A stretch of 64,000 nt of DNA from an uncultured Alphaproteobacteria bacterium (GTDB lineage Bacteria > Pseudomonadota > Alphaproteobacteria > Rhizobiales > Kaistiaceae). The stretch is from positions 809 through 64,808 of the forward strand of contig CAWARW010000021.1 of the NCBI GenBank assembly GCA_963784605.1, in the 5' to 3' direction. The notes beneath the pieces were generated by a model. That model was not told the origin of the DNA. It ran no database searches and saw only the letters and a list, made by a program, of their open reading frames with translations. Positions 42,872 through 52,533 of this stretch are shown here, piece after piece; positions within the stretch are counted from its first letter, which is position 1; each line of letters opens with the position of its first letter. Both the position numbers and the translations under genes were made by a program.

Positions 42872-43693
42872 TCAGCCGACGCCGCTGTTGTGGCCGAGGC
42901 GCGGATCGGCATCGAGACGGACGACGATGCCATCCAGCCCCGGCGCCGCGGCCGGGTAGCGGTCGAGCACCGCGGGGTCGTGCCCGGGCACCACGTCGGC
43001 GGGGGAGGAGGCCAGCTCGCGCATGATGCGATAGCCCTCGAGCATCTCGACCACGCTCGCCACCACCGGGAACGGGCGGTTCTGCTCGAAGTTCGCGTAG
43101 AAATGCGTGGCATCGGAGGCGAGCACCATGTAGCCGCGCCGCGTCTTCACGCGCACCACCTGAAGGCCGGACGAATGGCCGCCGACGTGATGCAGCGTCA
43201 GCCCCGGCGCCAGTTCGCTGGTCCCCCGGTGGAATACGGCGCGGCCTTCGAAGACGCGGCGGACCATGGCGAGCACGTCGTCAACCTCGAACGGCTTGCG
43301 CAGGTGCTCGTGGCACATGCAGCGCCCGGTGCAGTATTCCATCTCCTTGTCCTGCACGTGATAGCGCGCCTGCGGGAACAGGTCGTGGTTGCCGCTGTGG
43401 TCGTAGTGCATGTGCGACAGGATGACGTCGGTGACGGCGTCCGGCGCGATGCCGATCATCTTGAGGCCTTCGCCGGGGGAGCGGATGAACTGGCGGTTCC
43501 GCTTGATGCCCATTTCCGGGGCGAAGCCGGTGTCGAGGATGTAGGTGCGCGCCCGGCCGCGGATCGCCCAGACGAAATAATCGAGCGGCATCGACACGTC
43601 GTGATGGTCGCCGTCGATGAAATTCTCGGCGGAACGCCGTTCGCAGTGCGCGTATTTTACCGCAAAGACCTGATACACGTCGTCATCGGACAT
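42872..43693 (-). CDS. MBL-fold hydrolase, N-acyl-homoserine-lactonase-like family
   Basis: ggaggaag precedes ATG 43693. Contains SHMHYDHSGN (HxHxDH) and ...GHD near the C-terminus. Confidence 0.8.
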   Translation of the reverse strand: MSDDDVYQVFAVKYAHCERRSAENFIDGDHHDVSMPLDYFVWAIRGRARTYILDTGFAPEMGIKRNRQFIRSPGEGLKMIGIAPDAVTDVILSHMHYDHSGNHDLFPQARYHVQDKEMEYCTGRCMCHEHLRKPFEVDDVLAMVRRVFEGRAVFHRGTSELAPGLTLHHVGGHSSGLQVVRVKTRRGYMVLASDATHFYANFEQNRPFPVVASVVEMLEGYRIMRELASSPADVVPGHDPAVLDRYPAAAPGLDGIVVRLDADPRLGHNSGVG

Positions 43694-43783
43694 CGATCGC
43701 GCTTCCTCCCCGCTGTCCACTGCCCTGGAATGGTCGTGTCAACGCTATTGGTTTCAACCGCTTGCGGCGGATCGCATGATTGC

Positions 43784-43795
43784 GTTACCAGTAAC
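43784..43795. promoter_or_regulatory. Candidate LacI-type operator GTTACCAGTAAC
   Basis: An inverted repeat GTTAC-N2-GTAAC in the divergent region between the lactonase-like gene and the LacI gene. It shares the core TACCrGTA with the site at 44920. Confidence 0.35.
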
Positions 43796-43832
43796 AAAGG
43801 GAGTACAGCAGGACAACTGAAAGTTCGCTGGA

Positions 43833-44867
43833 ATGGCAAGCATGGACGCTAACGGCTCGCGACGCGGCACCCTTGGGCCCCGCATGCGCGACGTCGCCCG
43901 CAAGGCCGGCGTGTCGGTCATGACGGTGTCGCGGGCGCTCAACGACCCGGAACGGGTATCGGAAGAGATGCGCCGCCGCGTCCAGTCGGCGGTCCGCGAG
44001 ACCGGCTACGTCCACAACCGGCTGGCCCGCAGCCTGTCGTCGCAGCGTTCGGAAGTCATCGGCCTGATCGTGCCGAGCCTGCGCAACTCGCTCTTCGCCG
44101 AGACCATCAAGGGCATTTCGGACGTGCTCGCCGAAGAGGGGTTCCAGCTGATGACCGCCGACAGCGGCCACAGTCTCGCCGACGAGGAGGAACTGATCGG
44201 CGCCTTCCTGGCGCAGCGCGTCGCCGGCCTCGTGCTGCACAACACGACCCACACCAGCCATGCGGCGGAGATGATCCGCAAGAGCAAGGTTCCGGTGGTC
44301 GAGAACGGCAACCTGACCGAACGGCCGCTGGATTCGGTGGTCAGCTATTCGAACTTCGAAGCCGCCCGCGCGATGACCACCCATCTTGCCCGTCTTGGCT
44401 ACCAGAACATTGGTTTTGTTAGCCTTTCGCCTGAAGACAACGACCGGGCAAGCGAACGGCAGCGCGGCTATCGGGCGGCGATGGAGGCGCTCGACCGGCG
44501 CGTCGATCCGCGGCTCGTGCTGGAGCAGCCGGCGGGGCTCGCCGCCGGCGCCGATGCCATCGTCCGGCTGGTCAACACGGTGCCGGAAGTCGATGCGGCG
44601 TTCTTCGCCGGCGACGTGCTGGCCATCGGGGCGATCTTCGAGTGCCAGCGCCGCGGCTGGGGTGTGCCGCAGCGGGTCGGCATCGCCAGCTTCGACGATG
44701 TCGATCTCCTGCGGCACATCAACCCGTCGGTGACCACCATCCGCCTGCCGCGCTACGAGATCGGCCGGCGCAGCGCCGATTGCCTTCTCGACCGGATCAG
44801 CGGTCGCGAGGCGAGCAGCATCGCCGTCAACCTCGGCTTCGACCTCGTCCAGCGCGAGAGCACCTGA
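43833..44867 (+). CDS. LacI family transcriptional regulator
   Basis: MRDVARKAGVSVMTVSRALN is an HTH, followed by a periplasmic-binding-protein-like sugar-binding domain. ATG 43884 is an alternative start. Confidence 0.9.
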   Translation: MASMDANGSRRGTLGPRMRDVARKAGVSVMTVSRALNDPERVSEEMRRRVQSAVRETGYVHNRLARSLSSQRSEVIGLIVPSLRNSLFAETIKGISDVLAEEGFQLMTADSGHSLADEEELIGAFLAQRVAGLVLHNTTHTSHAAEMIRKSKVPVVENGNLTERPLDSVVSYSNFEAARAMTTHLARLGYQNIGFVSLSPEDNDRASERQRGYRAAMEALDRRVDPRLVLEQPAGLAAGADAIVRLVNTVPEVDAAFFAGDVLAIGAIFECQRRGWGVPQRVGIASFDDVDLLRHINPSVTTIRLPRYEIGRRSADCLLDRISGREASSIAVNLGFDLVQREST

Positions 44868-44919
44868 CGCCGGGGCAGGTGGCGGGCCGGGCATGCGGCC
44901 GGCCGGGCCCCACGAAAAA

Positions 44920-44931
44920 GATACCGGTATC
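44920..44931. promoter_or_regulatory. Candidate LacI-type operator: perfect palindrome GATACCGGTATC
   Basis: A 12-bp perfect palindrome between the LacI stop and the SDR operon start. A related half-site gcggtatc lies around 45012. Confidence 0.4.
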
Positions 44932-45118
44932 AAATTGACGCTTGCCAACCGCGCGAGCGATTTCCTATTGTCTCGGAAAATGGGGCATGCGGGGGGTCGG
45001 TCGTGCAGAGAGCGGTATCAGAACAACGGCTTGCCGCCCCGCGCCGTGGCCGCGCACCCGCTGCCGGCCCCGCCGGCACGCCGATGGCTGAGCCGGCGCC
45101 GCGCGGAGCCCGCGTTTG

Positions 45119-45901
45119 ATGCTCAAGGGACGCTGCGCGCTGGTCACCGGTTCGGCTGGCGGTCTCGGCCTCGCCATCGCCGCTGGCCTTGCCCGCGCCG
45201 GCTGCAACATCATGCTGAGCGGGCTCGACCCGGCGTCCGAGGTCGCCGCCCAGCGCCTGCAGCTCCAGCAGGAATGCGGCGTCGCGGTCGGCTATTGCCG
45301 GGAGGACCTCTCCGAGGAGGCCGGCGTCGCCCGGCTGATCGATGCGACGCGGGAAGCGTTCGGCGACATTCATGTGCTGGTCAACAACGCCGTCGTCCGC
45401 CATTTCGCGCCGATCCATGAATTTCCCGTCGACCGCTGGAACGCGGCGCTCGCGGTCAACCTGTCGGCGGCGTTTCATTCCATCCGGCTGACCCTGCCGG
45501 GCATGCGCAGCGCCGGCTTCGGACGCATCATCAACATGTCGTCGGTCTATGGCTTCTTCGGCATTGCCAATCGCATCGACTACGTGACGACCAAGACCGC
45601 GCTGCTCGGCATGACGCGGGTGGTGGCGCTCGAGACGCTGAACGACGGCATCACCTGCAACGCCATCTGTCCCGGCACCGTGCAGACGCCGTCGATCGAA
45701 GGGCGTATCCAGACGATGATGGAAGACGACAACGTCGGCCGGGAGGAGGCCGTCGAGCGGTTCCTGAGCCAGCGCCAGCCGACCCGGCGCTTCATTGCCA
45801 GCGAAGATGTTGCCGAGCTGGTCGTATTCCTCTGCGGAATGGCGGCGCGCGACATCACCGGATCGTCCTTTCCGATCGACGCCGGCTGGCTCGCCTGCTG
45901 A
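45119..45901 (+). CDS. SDR family oxidoreductase (3-hydroxybutyrate-dehydrogenase-like)
   Basis: ALVTGSAGGLGLAIA is a TGxxxGxG motif. Also NNAV and a Y-x3-K region (YVTTK). TTG 45116 is an alternative start. Confidence 0.85.
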   Translation: MLKGRCALVTGSAGGLGLAIAAGLARAGCNIMLSGLDPASEVAAQRLQLQQECGVAVGYCREDLSEEAGVARLIDATREAFGDIHVLVNNAVVRHFAPIHEFPVDRWNAALAVNLSAAFHSIRLTLPGMRSAGFGRIINMSSVYGFFGIANRIDYVTTKTALLGMTRVVALETLNDGITCNAICPGTVQTPSIEGRIQTMMEDDNVGREEAVERFLSQRQPTRRFIASEDVAELVVFLCGMAARDITGSSFPIDAGWLAC

Positions 45902-45916
45902 GGGAGGAGCGGGAGG

Positions 45917-46465
45917 ATGCGACAGTCGCTGGAATGCGCGCCGGTGGATTGGGGTGCCCCGTCGGGCGCCGGCAGGGATGAGCCGTCGGCGAATGCCCTG
46001 GAGAGCGGCGGCGATCGGCTGGACGCGGCGACGGCTGCCTATGTGACCGCCATGCAGTTGCCCTTTCAGCAGGTGCGGCAGGCGGCCGCGCAGTTCGCGG
46101 CGGTGCTCGTGCTCGCCGCCAGCGGCGCGCGACACTGGGCCGGTCATCCCATGCTGGCGATGGCGGACGAGGCGCGCCGCGCCGCCGAAGACGCAATCCG
46201 CGCCGCCGCCGTTCCCGCCGCTGCGCGCCATCACCACAGGCACCTGATCCAGGCGGTGGACGCCATCGCCGAGGCCGGCAGCCGTCTGCGCACCGCATCG
46301 ATCCGCCGAAACGACGCGGCGATCGACGCGGTCGTGGCCGCGGTCAAGGCGGCCCATCGCGAGCTTCAATGGTCGACGGCCGCCTTGCCGGGCTTCGCCA
46401 TGGTCGATCTGGCACAGTGCTGCTGCGCCGCGCACCGGGGATTGCAGCGGCCGCCGCCGGCTTGA
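45917..46465 (+). CDS. Hypothetical protein (182 aa, Ala-rich helical, C-terminal CCC motif)
   Basis: gggaggagcgggagg precedes ATG 45917. Codon bias is coding-like. It sits in an operon between the SDR and MBL genes. No family recognised. Confidence 0.45.
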   Translation: MRQSLECAPVDWGAPSGAGRDEPSANALESGGDRLDAATAAYVTAMQLPFQQVRQAAAQFAAVLVLAASGARHWAGHPMLAMADEARRAAEDAIRAAAVPAAARHHHRHLIQAVDAIAEAGSRLRTASIRRNDAAIDAVVAAVKAAHRELQWSTAALPGFAMVDLAQCCCAAHRGLQRPPPA

Positions 46466-46505
46466 TCGGACCGGGCGGACAAGGCCGCGAAAGGGGAGGG
46501 AAGGC

Positions 46506-47382
46506 ATGTCGGACTATTCAATGTGGGTGCTGGAATATTGCAGCGTCCCGACGCTTCCGCGCGGCGTCACCGTGCACGGCGCCTTCAACGCCGGCACCGT
46601 CAATCTCCCGTATTGCTACGTGGTGATCAAAGGCCACGGCCAGGTCGCCATGGTCGACGTCGGCTTCAACAACAAGGATTACGGCGCGACGCTGGCGACC
46701 GCCTTCGGCGTCAAGAACTGGCACCCGCCGGCGCCGGTACTCGCCGAATGCGGGCGTCGCCCCGGCCGACGTGACCACGGTGCTGGTGACCCACGCCCAT
46801 TTCGACCACATGGGCGGCATCGAGGATTTCCCCAACGCGACCTTCTACCTGCAGGAGCGCGAGCTGTCGAAATGGGTGTGGGCGATGTCGCTCGAGCGGC
46901 GCTTCCGCTGGTTCATGGGCGCGACCGATCCCGGCGACATCCTGCGCGCGGTCGACCTGGCGCGGCAGGGACGCCTGGTCGCCGTCGACGGGCACCGGGA
47001 GAACGTGCTGCCCGGCATCGATCTGCATCCCGCCTTCGACACGCATACCTGGGGGTCGATGTACATAACCGTGCGCAACGATGGCGGGCAGGGCGGCGAC
47101 ACCTGGATCTTCGCCGGCGACCTCATCTACTGCTACACCAACCTCACCGGCAACGATCCCGCCGATCCGCAGTACCTGCCCATCGGTCTCGGCTCCGGCA
47201 GCCAGACCAACATGATGTTCAGCATGGACGAGATGGTGAAGGCGGTGGACGGCGAGACCCGCCGCGTCATCCCGATCCACGACGACACCCTCAAGGACGT
47301 CTTCCCGTCGCGGATCACCGACCGCGGCCTGTGCATCTCGGAGATCGCGCTGGCCAAGGGCGAGCCGTCGCGGGTGCGCTAG
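46506..47382 (+). pseudogene. MBL-fold hydrolase (lactonase-like), frameshifted as sequenced
   Basis: The N-terminus MSDYSMWVLEYCSV...VLAECG is in ORF 46506... It continues as VAPADVTTVLVTHAHFDHMGG... in ORF 46771..47382. The shift is at the ggg run around 46752. Confidence 0.8.
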
Positions 47383-47421
47383 CGGCTGCCGCCGCGGGGC
47401 CGGGGAATTGCGGAGACGATC

Positions 47422-48783
47422 ATGCCGACGCGCACCGGCGAACGGGGACTGACGGCACGGCTGGCCGAGTTCGTCGTCGCAACCGGGTGGGAAGACATTC
47501 CGCCCGCGGTGCGCCATCAGGCCAAGCGCTCGCTGCTCAACTTCCTGGCGACCGCCATCGGCTCGGCCCGCGAGCCGGCGATCGACGGCGCGCTTGCCGC
47601 GCTGGCGCCGTTTGCCGGGCCGGCGCAGGCGGCTGTCTTCGGCCGGCCCGAACGGCTCGACGTCCGCAGCGCGGCCTTCGCCAATGCGGTTGCCGGCAAT
47701 CTGTTCGATTTCGACGACACCCACCTGCCGACGGTCATCCATCCGTCCGCGCCGGTCATCCCGCCGGCTTTCGCGCTCAGCGAATGGCGGGGCATGAGCG
47801 GTCGCGACCTGCTCACCGCCTTTCTCCTCGGCGGCGAGGTCGAATGCCGCATCGGCAACGCCGTGTCGCCGGGGCACTACGCCCGCGGTTGGCACATCAC
47901 GGCGAGTTGCGGCGTCTTCGGCAGTGCGGCGGCTGCCGCCCGGCTGCTCGGCCTCGGCGCGGCGCCGGCGGGCCACGCGCTCGGCATCGCCGCCAGCCTG
48001 TCCTCGGGCAATGTCGAGAACCTGACGACGGGGGCGAAGAATGCCGGGGTCGGCAGTGCCGCGCAGAACGGCATCCTCGCCGCCCTGATGGCCGCCCAGG
48101 GCTTCGCCGCGGCACCGGCGGCGCTCGAAGGTCCGCTCGGCTGGGCGCGCGCCTCCGCCAGCGCACTGGACGCGACGCAGATCACCGACGGCCTCGGCGA
48201 GCATTGGGAGATCGGCCGCAACACCTACAAGCCGTATCCGGCCGGCATCGTCATGCACCCGGTGATCGACGCCTGTTTCGAGCTCCGCCGCGCCGGGATT
48301 GGTGCCGACGACATCGTGTCGGTGACCGTGCGCGGTCATCCGCTGCTGCTCGAGCGCGGCATGCGGGCGGTCGCCAACGAACGCGACGCCCGCGTCAGCA
48401 TCCATCACTGCGTCGCCGCGGTCTTCCTGTTCGGTGCCGCCGGTCTCGATGCCTTCTCGCCGGAAGCCGCCATCCGGCCGGACGTCGTCGCATTCCGCCG
48501 GCGCATCGGCGCCGAGATCGACGATACCATGCCCGTCGGCATGGCCCGGGTCGAGGTGCGCACGACGACCGGCGAAACGGCGACCGCTACGGTTGCCGAG
48601 GCGCTGGGCAGCGAAGGCAAGCCGATGGCGGACGGGCAGATCGAGGACAAGTTCCGTTCGCTGACGGCGCGCAACCCGGATTTTGCCGAAGCCGACCGGC
48701 TGATCGCGGCGATCTGGGACCTCGACAGGGCACCGACGGTCGCCGAGATCGCCCGGCTCGTCGCCACCGGTGCGCCCGGCTGA
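47422..48783 (+). CDS. MmgE/PrpD family protein
   Basis: An intact 453-aa ORF: LAEFVVATGWEDIPPAVRHQAKRSLLNFLATAIG...DFDDTHL... Confidence 0.85.
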   Translation: MPTRTGERGLTARLAEFVVATGWEDIPPAVRHQAKRSLLNFLATAIGSAREPAIDGALAALAPFAGPAQAAVFGRPERLDVRSAAFANAVAGNLFDFDDTHLPTVIHPSAPVIPPAFALSEWRGMSGRDLLTAFLLGGEVECRIGNAVSPGHYARGWHITASCGVFGSAAAAARLLGLGAAPAGHALGIAASLSSGNVENLTTGAKNAGVGSAAQNGILAALMAAQGFAAAPAALEGPLGWARASASALDATQITDGLGEHWEIGRNTYKPYPAGIVMHPVIDACFELRRAGIGADDIVSVTVRGHPLLLERGMRAVANERDARVSIHHCVAAVFLFGAAGLDAFSPEAAIRPDVVAFRRRIGAEIDDTMPVGMARVEVRTTTGETATATVAEALGSEGKPMADGQIEDKFRSLTARNPDFAEADRLIAAIWDLDRAPTVAEIARLVATGAPG

Positions 48784-48795
48784 CGCCGGGCCGCC

Positions 48796-49519
48796 TCAGC
48801 CGAGGTACCTGGCGAGCATGGCGTGGCCGCCGCCTCTCGCGGTCTCCGGGCTCATCTCCTCGGCGATCTCGCCGTGGGTCAGGATGTAGAGGCGGTCGCA
48901 GACGCGGATCGCCACGTCGACGCGCTGCTCGACCAGCAGCAGCGACGCACCGCGCGTGCGCAGTTCGAGCAGCGCCTTGACCACCGCATCGACCGCGACC
49001 GGTGCGAGCGCGTCCGACGGTTCGTCGAGCAGCATCACCTCAGGGTCGCTCATCAGCATGCGGCCGATGGAGACCATCTGCTGTTCGCCGCCGCTCAGCG
49101 CCGAAGCCCGCTTGCGGCGGTAGTTCCTGAGCACCGGGAACAGCTTGTAGACCGAACTCGAGCAGCGCCTGCACCCGCTGGCGATCGTGGCGCAGGTGGA
49201 GGGCGCCGAGGATCAGGTTGTCCTCCACCGCCTGATCGAGGAACAGCCGTCGGCCCTCCGGCGAGATCGCCGCCAGGCCGCTGGCGATCTTGTGCGTCGG
49301 CAGCGTCGAAACCTCGGTTTCGCCGACCAGGATCGAGCCGCGACGATGGCGGACGAGCCCCATGATCGCGCGCAGGATCGTCGTCTTGCCGGCGCCGTTC
49401 GGCCCGAGCAGGCCGACCGCTTCGCCGCGGTTCACCCGCAGCGCGATTTCGCGGACGACGTCGAAGCGCCCGTAACCGGCTGACAATGCGGAGATTTCCA
49501 GAGCAACCGCCATGGTCAT
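48796..49519 (-). pseudogene. Branched-chain amino-acid ABC transporter ATP-binding protein (LivF-like), frameshifted as sequenced
   Basis: Walker A GPNGAGKTT is in ORF 49040..49519. LSGGEQQM...LLLDEPS is in ORF 48796..49134. The shift is around 49155. The start overlaps the livG-like stop (ATGA). Confidence 0.85.
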
Positions 49520-50359
49520 TCGCCCAGATAGACCTGCCTGACGAGCGGATCGGCGCGCACCTCGTCGGCGGAGCCGGTGAGGATCACCTCGCCGGCATTG
49601 AGGACGGTCACCCGGTCGCAGAGCGGGAACAGGAAGCGGGTCTGGTGCTCGATGATGATCATGGTGACGCCCTGCGCCTTGTAGCGGGCGAGCACTCGCG
49701 CCAGATGCTCGACCTCGGTCATCGAAGGCCCGGTGGCGGGCTCGTCGAGGATGATGATGTCCGGTTCGGCGACGCTAACCGATGCCAGCTGGGTCAGCTG
49801 CTCGATCCCGTGCGGAATGTCGCGCACGCGCCGGGTGGTCCAGTTGCCGGCCCCGACCGCGCGCAGCTCGCGGTCGGCGCGCTCCCGCATCTGCGCCTCC
49901 GTCGCGCCGGCCGGACGGCAGCAGCGGCCAGAACGGCGCCCGGATGATGATCCGCGGCACCAGATCGAACAGGCCGACGAGGATGTTGCGGCTGGTGGTC
50001 AGCTCGCGCACGAGCTGGGCGGCCTGAAAGGTCCGCCTGAGCCCGAGCTTGGCGCGCTCGCTGGGCGGCATGCCGTCGACCGACTTGCCCTCGACGCGGA
50101 CGCTGCCGGTCTGGGCGTGCAGGCGGCCGGCGATGATGTTGGCGAGCGTCGACTTGCCGGAGCCGTTGGGGCCGATCAAGCCGTGGATGTGGCCGCGTTT
50201 CACCGCCAGGCTGACGTTGTGCAGCACGGTCGGGCCATCGCCGTAGCCGAATTCGATGTTGCGGCATTCGACGATCAGGTCGGCATCGACCGGACCCGGC
50301 GCATGGTGATGCGCTTCGAGCTCGGCGGCCGCCTGGCTTTCCCCCGTCTCGTCGAGCAC
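49516..50359 (-). pseudogene. Branched-chain amino-acid ABC transporter ATP-binding protein (LivG-like), frameshifted as sequenced
   Basis: Walker A GPNGSGKST is in ORF 49775..50359. IILDEPATG...TMIIIEH is in ORF 49516..49890. The shift is around 49900. It may natively be fused to the upstream permease. Confidence 0.8.
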
Positions 50360-51382
50360 CGCCGGCGGTTCGACCCGGTCGGCCTCTTCGTCGGACGACC
50401 GGTGGGCAGGGTTCGAACCGCCGGATCAGGCCGGCAACGCCTTCCGGAAAGACCGTGATGGCGAGGATCGACAGGCAACCGTAGAGGATCTCCTGCAGCC
50501 ACGGATTGATGTTGACCACGGCCGGGAACATGGAGACGAACACGGCGCCGATCACCGGGCCGAAGGTCGTGTTGATGCCGCCGACCAGCACCATGACCAG
50601 GATGTTGAGCGAGACCGCCCAGTTGAACTGGCTGGGCGACACCACGCCGAGGAAGGAAAACAGCCAGCCGGCGCCGCCGGCCATTGCGGCGGAGAGCGCG
50701 AACACCCCGACCTTGAGACGCGGCGGTGCGCACGCCGGCGGCTTCGGCGAAGGGCTCGGCGTCGCGGATCGACAGGAGCACCGGATAGAGCGGCGAACGG
50801 CGGATGTTCCACACCAGCGCGATGGCGAGCAGCAGCGCCAGCATGATCATCCAGCTGACCGAGGCTGCCGAGCGGCTCGGCGGCGTCGGGGAAGTCCGGG
50901 AACATCGGCCCGAGCACGCCCTGGGTGCCGCCGGTGACGTCCGGGAAGTCGATCGCCATCACCGTCAGCACCAGCGTGAAGACGAAGGTGGTGATGGCGA
51001 AATAGAGGCCGCCGACGCGCAGCGACGTCGCCCCGACGACGGCCCCGGCGACGCCGGTGATGACGAGCACGGCGGGCAGCAGCAGGAAGACGTCGGTGTC
51101 GAATTTGGCCGAGACCAGCGTCGTCAGATAGGCGCCGATGGCGAAGAAGCCGCCCTGGCCCAGCGAATAGAGGCCGAGCATGCCGGCGACCAGATCGAGG
51201 CTGATGGCGAGGATGCCGAAAATGGCGGCGACATGGACCAGGCTCTGCACGTTGAGGCCGGAACGCGCCACGAACAGCGTGAAGGCGAGATAGACGACGA
51301 TGAAGGCGAAGCTCCGCATCCGCCACAGGCGGCCGAGACCGGAGACGGAGGCAGGCCGGTGCGCCAAGGCTTTGTCCACCAT
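50360..51382 (-). pseudogene. Branched-chain amino-acid ABC transporter permease (LivM-like), multiply frameshifted as sequenced
   Basis: ATG 51382 (MVDKALAHRP...). Permease-like sequence jumps between three listed ORFs, with shifts around 50870 and 50720. As sequenced, no in-frame stop precedes the ATPase region. Confidence 0.7.
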
Positions 51383-51387
51383 GGGGC

Positions 51388-52287
51388 CTACCCGGCCATC
51401 CGCTTGAGGCCGGGAATGCGGAAGAGCGGGCTGGCCGAGCTGAACAGGCCCCTCGGCGTCACGATCAGGATGATGACCAGCACCAGGAAGGGAAACCAGT
51501 CGGAGGCCTGCGAATTGATCAGCGTATTGGCGCCCTCCGACAGGATGCCGAGCAGCAGCCCGCCGAACATCGCCGCCGACGGCCGCTCGGTGCCGCCGCC
51601 GATCATCATGGCGATGAAGCCGAAGATGCCGTAGGTGCTGCCGAGATAGGGATTGGCGAAGGTGTTGGGGCCGATGAGGACACCGGCGACGCCGGCGAAC
51701 AGCCCGGAGATGGCGAAGGCGACGATGGCGAAGGTGGTGGTGTTGGCGCCGATCGCCGAGGCCATCTCGGGATCGGCGGCGATCGCCATGCCGAGCTTGC
51801 CGAAGAGGGTCCGCCGGCGCACGATCTCGAAGGCGGCGGTGAACACGACGGCGATCGCGATCGCCAGGATCTGCTGCTCGGTGAGCACGGCATTGCCGAA
51901 GGCGACGCTGGTCTCGTTGAGGATCTGGGGGAAGGGGCGCGACGTCGGCCCCCAGATGAAGGCCGCGGCGTTTTCCACGGCCACCGCGAAGCCGAGCGTG
52001 CTGACCAGCCAGCCGAAGCTGAAGCGGTCGAAGGCGAGGATGGGCCTGACCGCGATGAGGTAGGACAGCACCGCGACGACGCAGGCGCCGGCGAGCCCGG
52101 CAACGACGGCCAGCCACGGCGACCAGCCGCCGGCGAAGATGGCGGCCGTGATCATGATCGCGGTCATCATCATCTGCCCCTGGGCGAAGTTGATGACGCG
52201 CGTCACGTAGAACGAGATGGCCAACGCCATCCCGATCAATCCGTAGATTGAGCCGATCGCCAGCCCGCTCAAGATGAACTGAAGCAA
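51388..52287 (-). CDS. Branched-chain amino-acid ABC transporter permease (LivH-like)
   Basis: An intact 299-aa polytopic ORF: MLQFILSGLAIGSIYGLIGMALAISFYVTRVINFAQG. Confidence 0.9.
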   Translation of the reverse strand: MLQFILSGLAIGSIYGLIGMALAISFYVTRVINFAQGQMMMTAIMITAAIFAGGWSPWLAVVAGLAGACVVAVLSYLIAVRPILAFDRFSFGWLVSTLGFAVAVENAAAFIWGPTSRPFPQILNETSVAFGNAVLTEQQILAIAIAVVFTAAFEIVRRRTLFGKLGMAIAADPEMASAIGANTTTFAIVAFAISGLFAGVAGVLIGPNTFANPYLGSTYGIFGFIAMMIGGGTERPSAAMFGGLLLGILSEGANTLINSQASDWFPFLVLVIILIVTPRGLFSSASPLFRIPGLKRMAG

Positions 52288-52533
52288 CGGAACCTTCCCT
52301 CGCGCGTCGTCGCCGCGGTCGTCTCTGGCGTCGGATGGCGGGGCAGGGCGGTCCCCAATGCCCCCGCGAGTCCGGCCACCGCCAGAGCGCCGCGATGGCT
52401 GAATGCCGGCCGCCAGGGGCGATCCGGCTCACTCCCCAGTGGCGAGCCGCGATCGGTTTTGCCGGCGGCTCGTCAAGCGAACGTGCGGGCGGTTCAGCGC
52501 CCGCACGTCCCCCGATTTCACGTCAGGCCGTGC

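Noticed and set aside
46506-48980. An 824-aa plus-strand ORF.
   Set aside because: Only the first roughly 85 codons (the MBL hydrolase N-terminus) are genuine. After the frameshift around 46752 it reads the MBL and PrpD genes out of frame.
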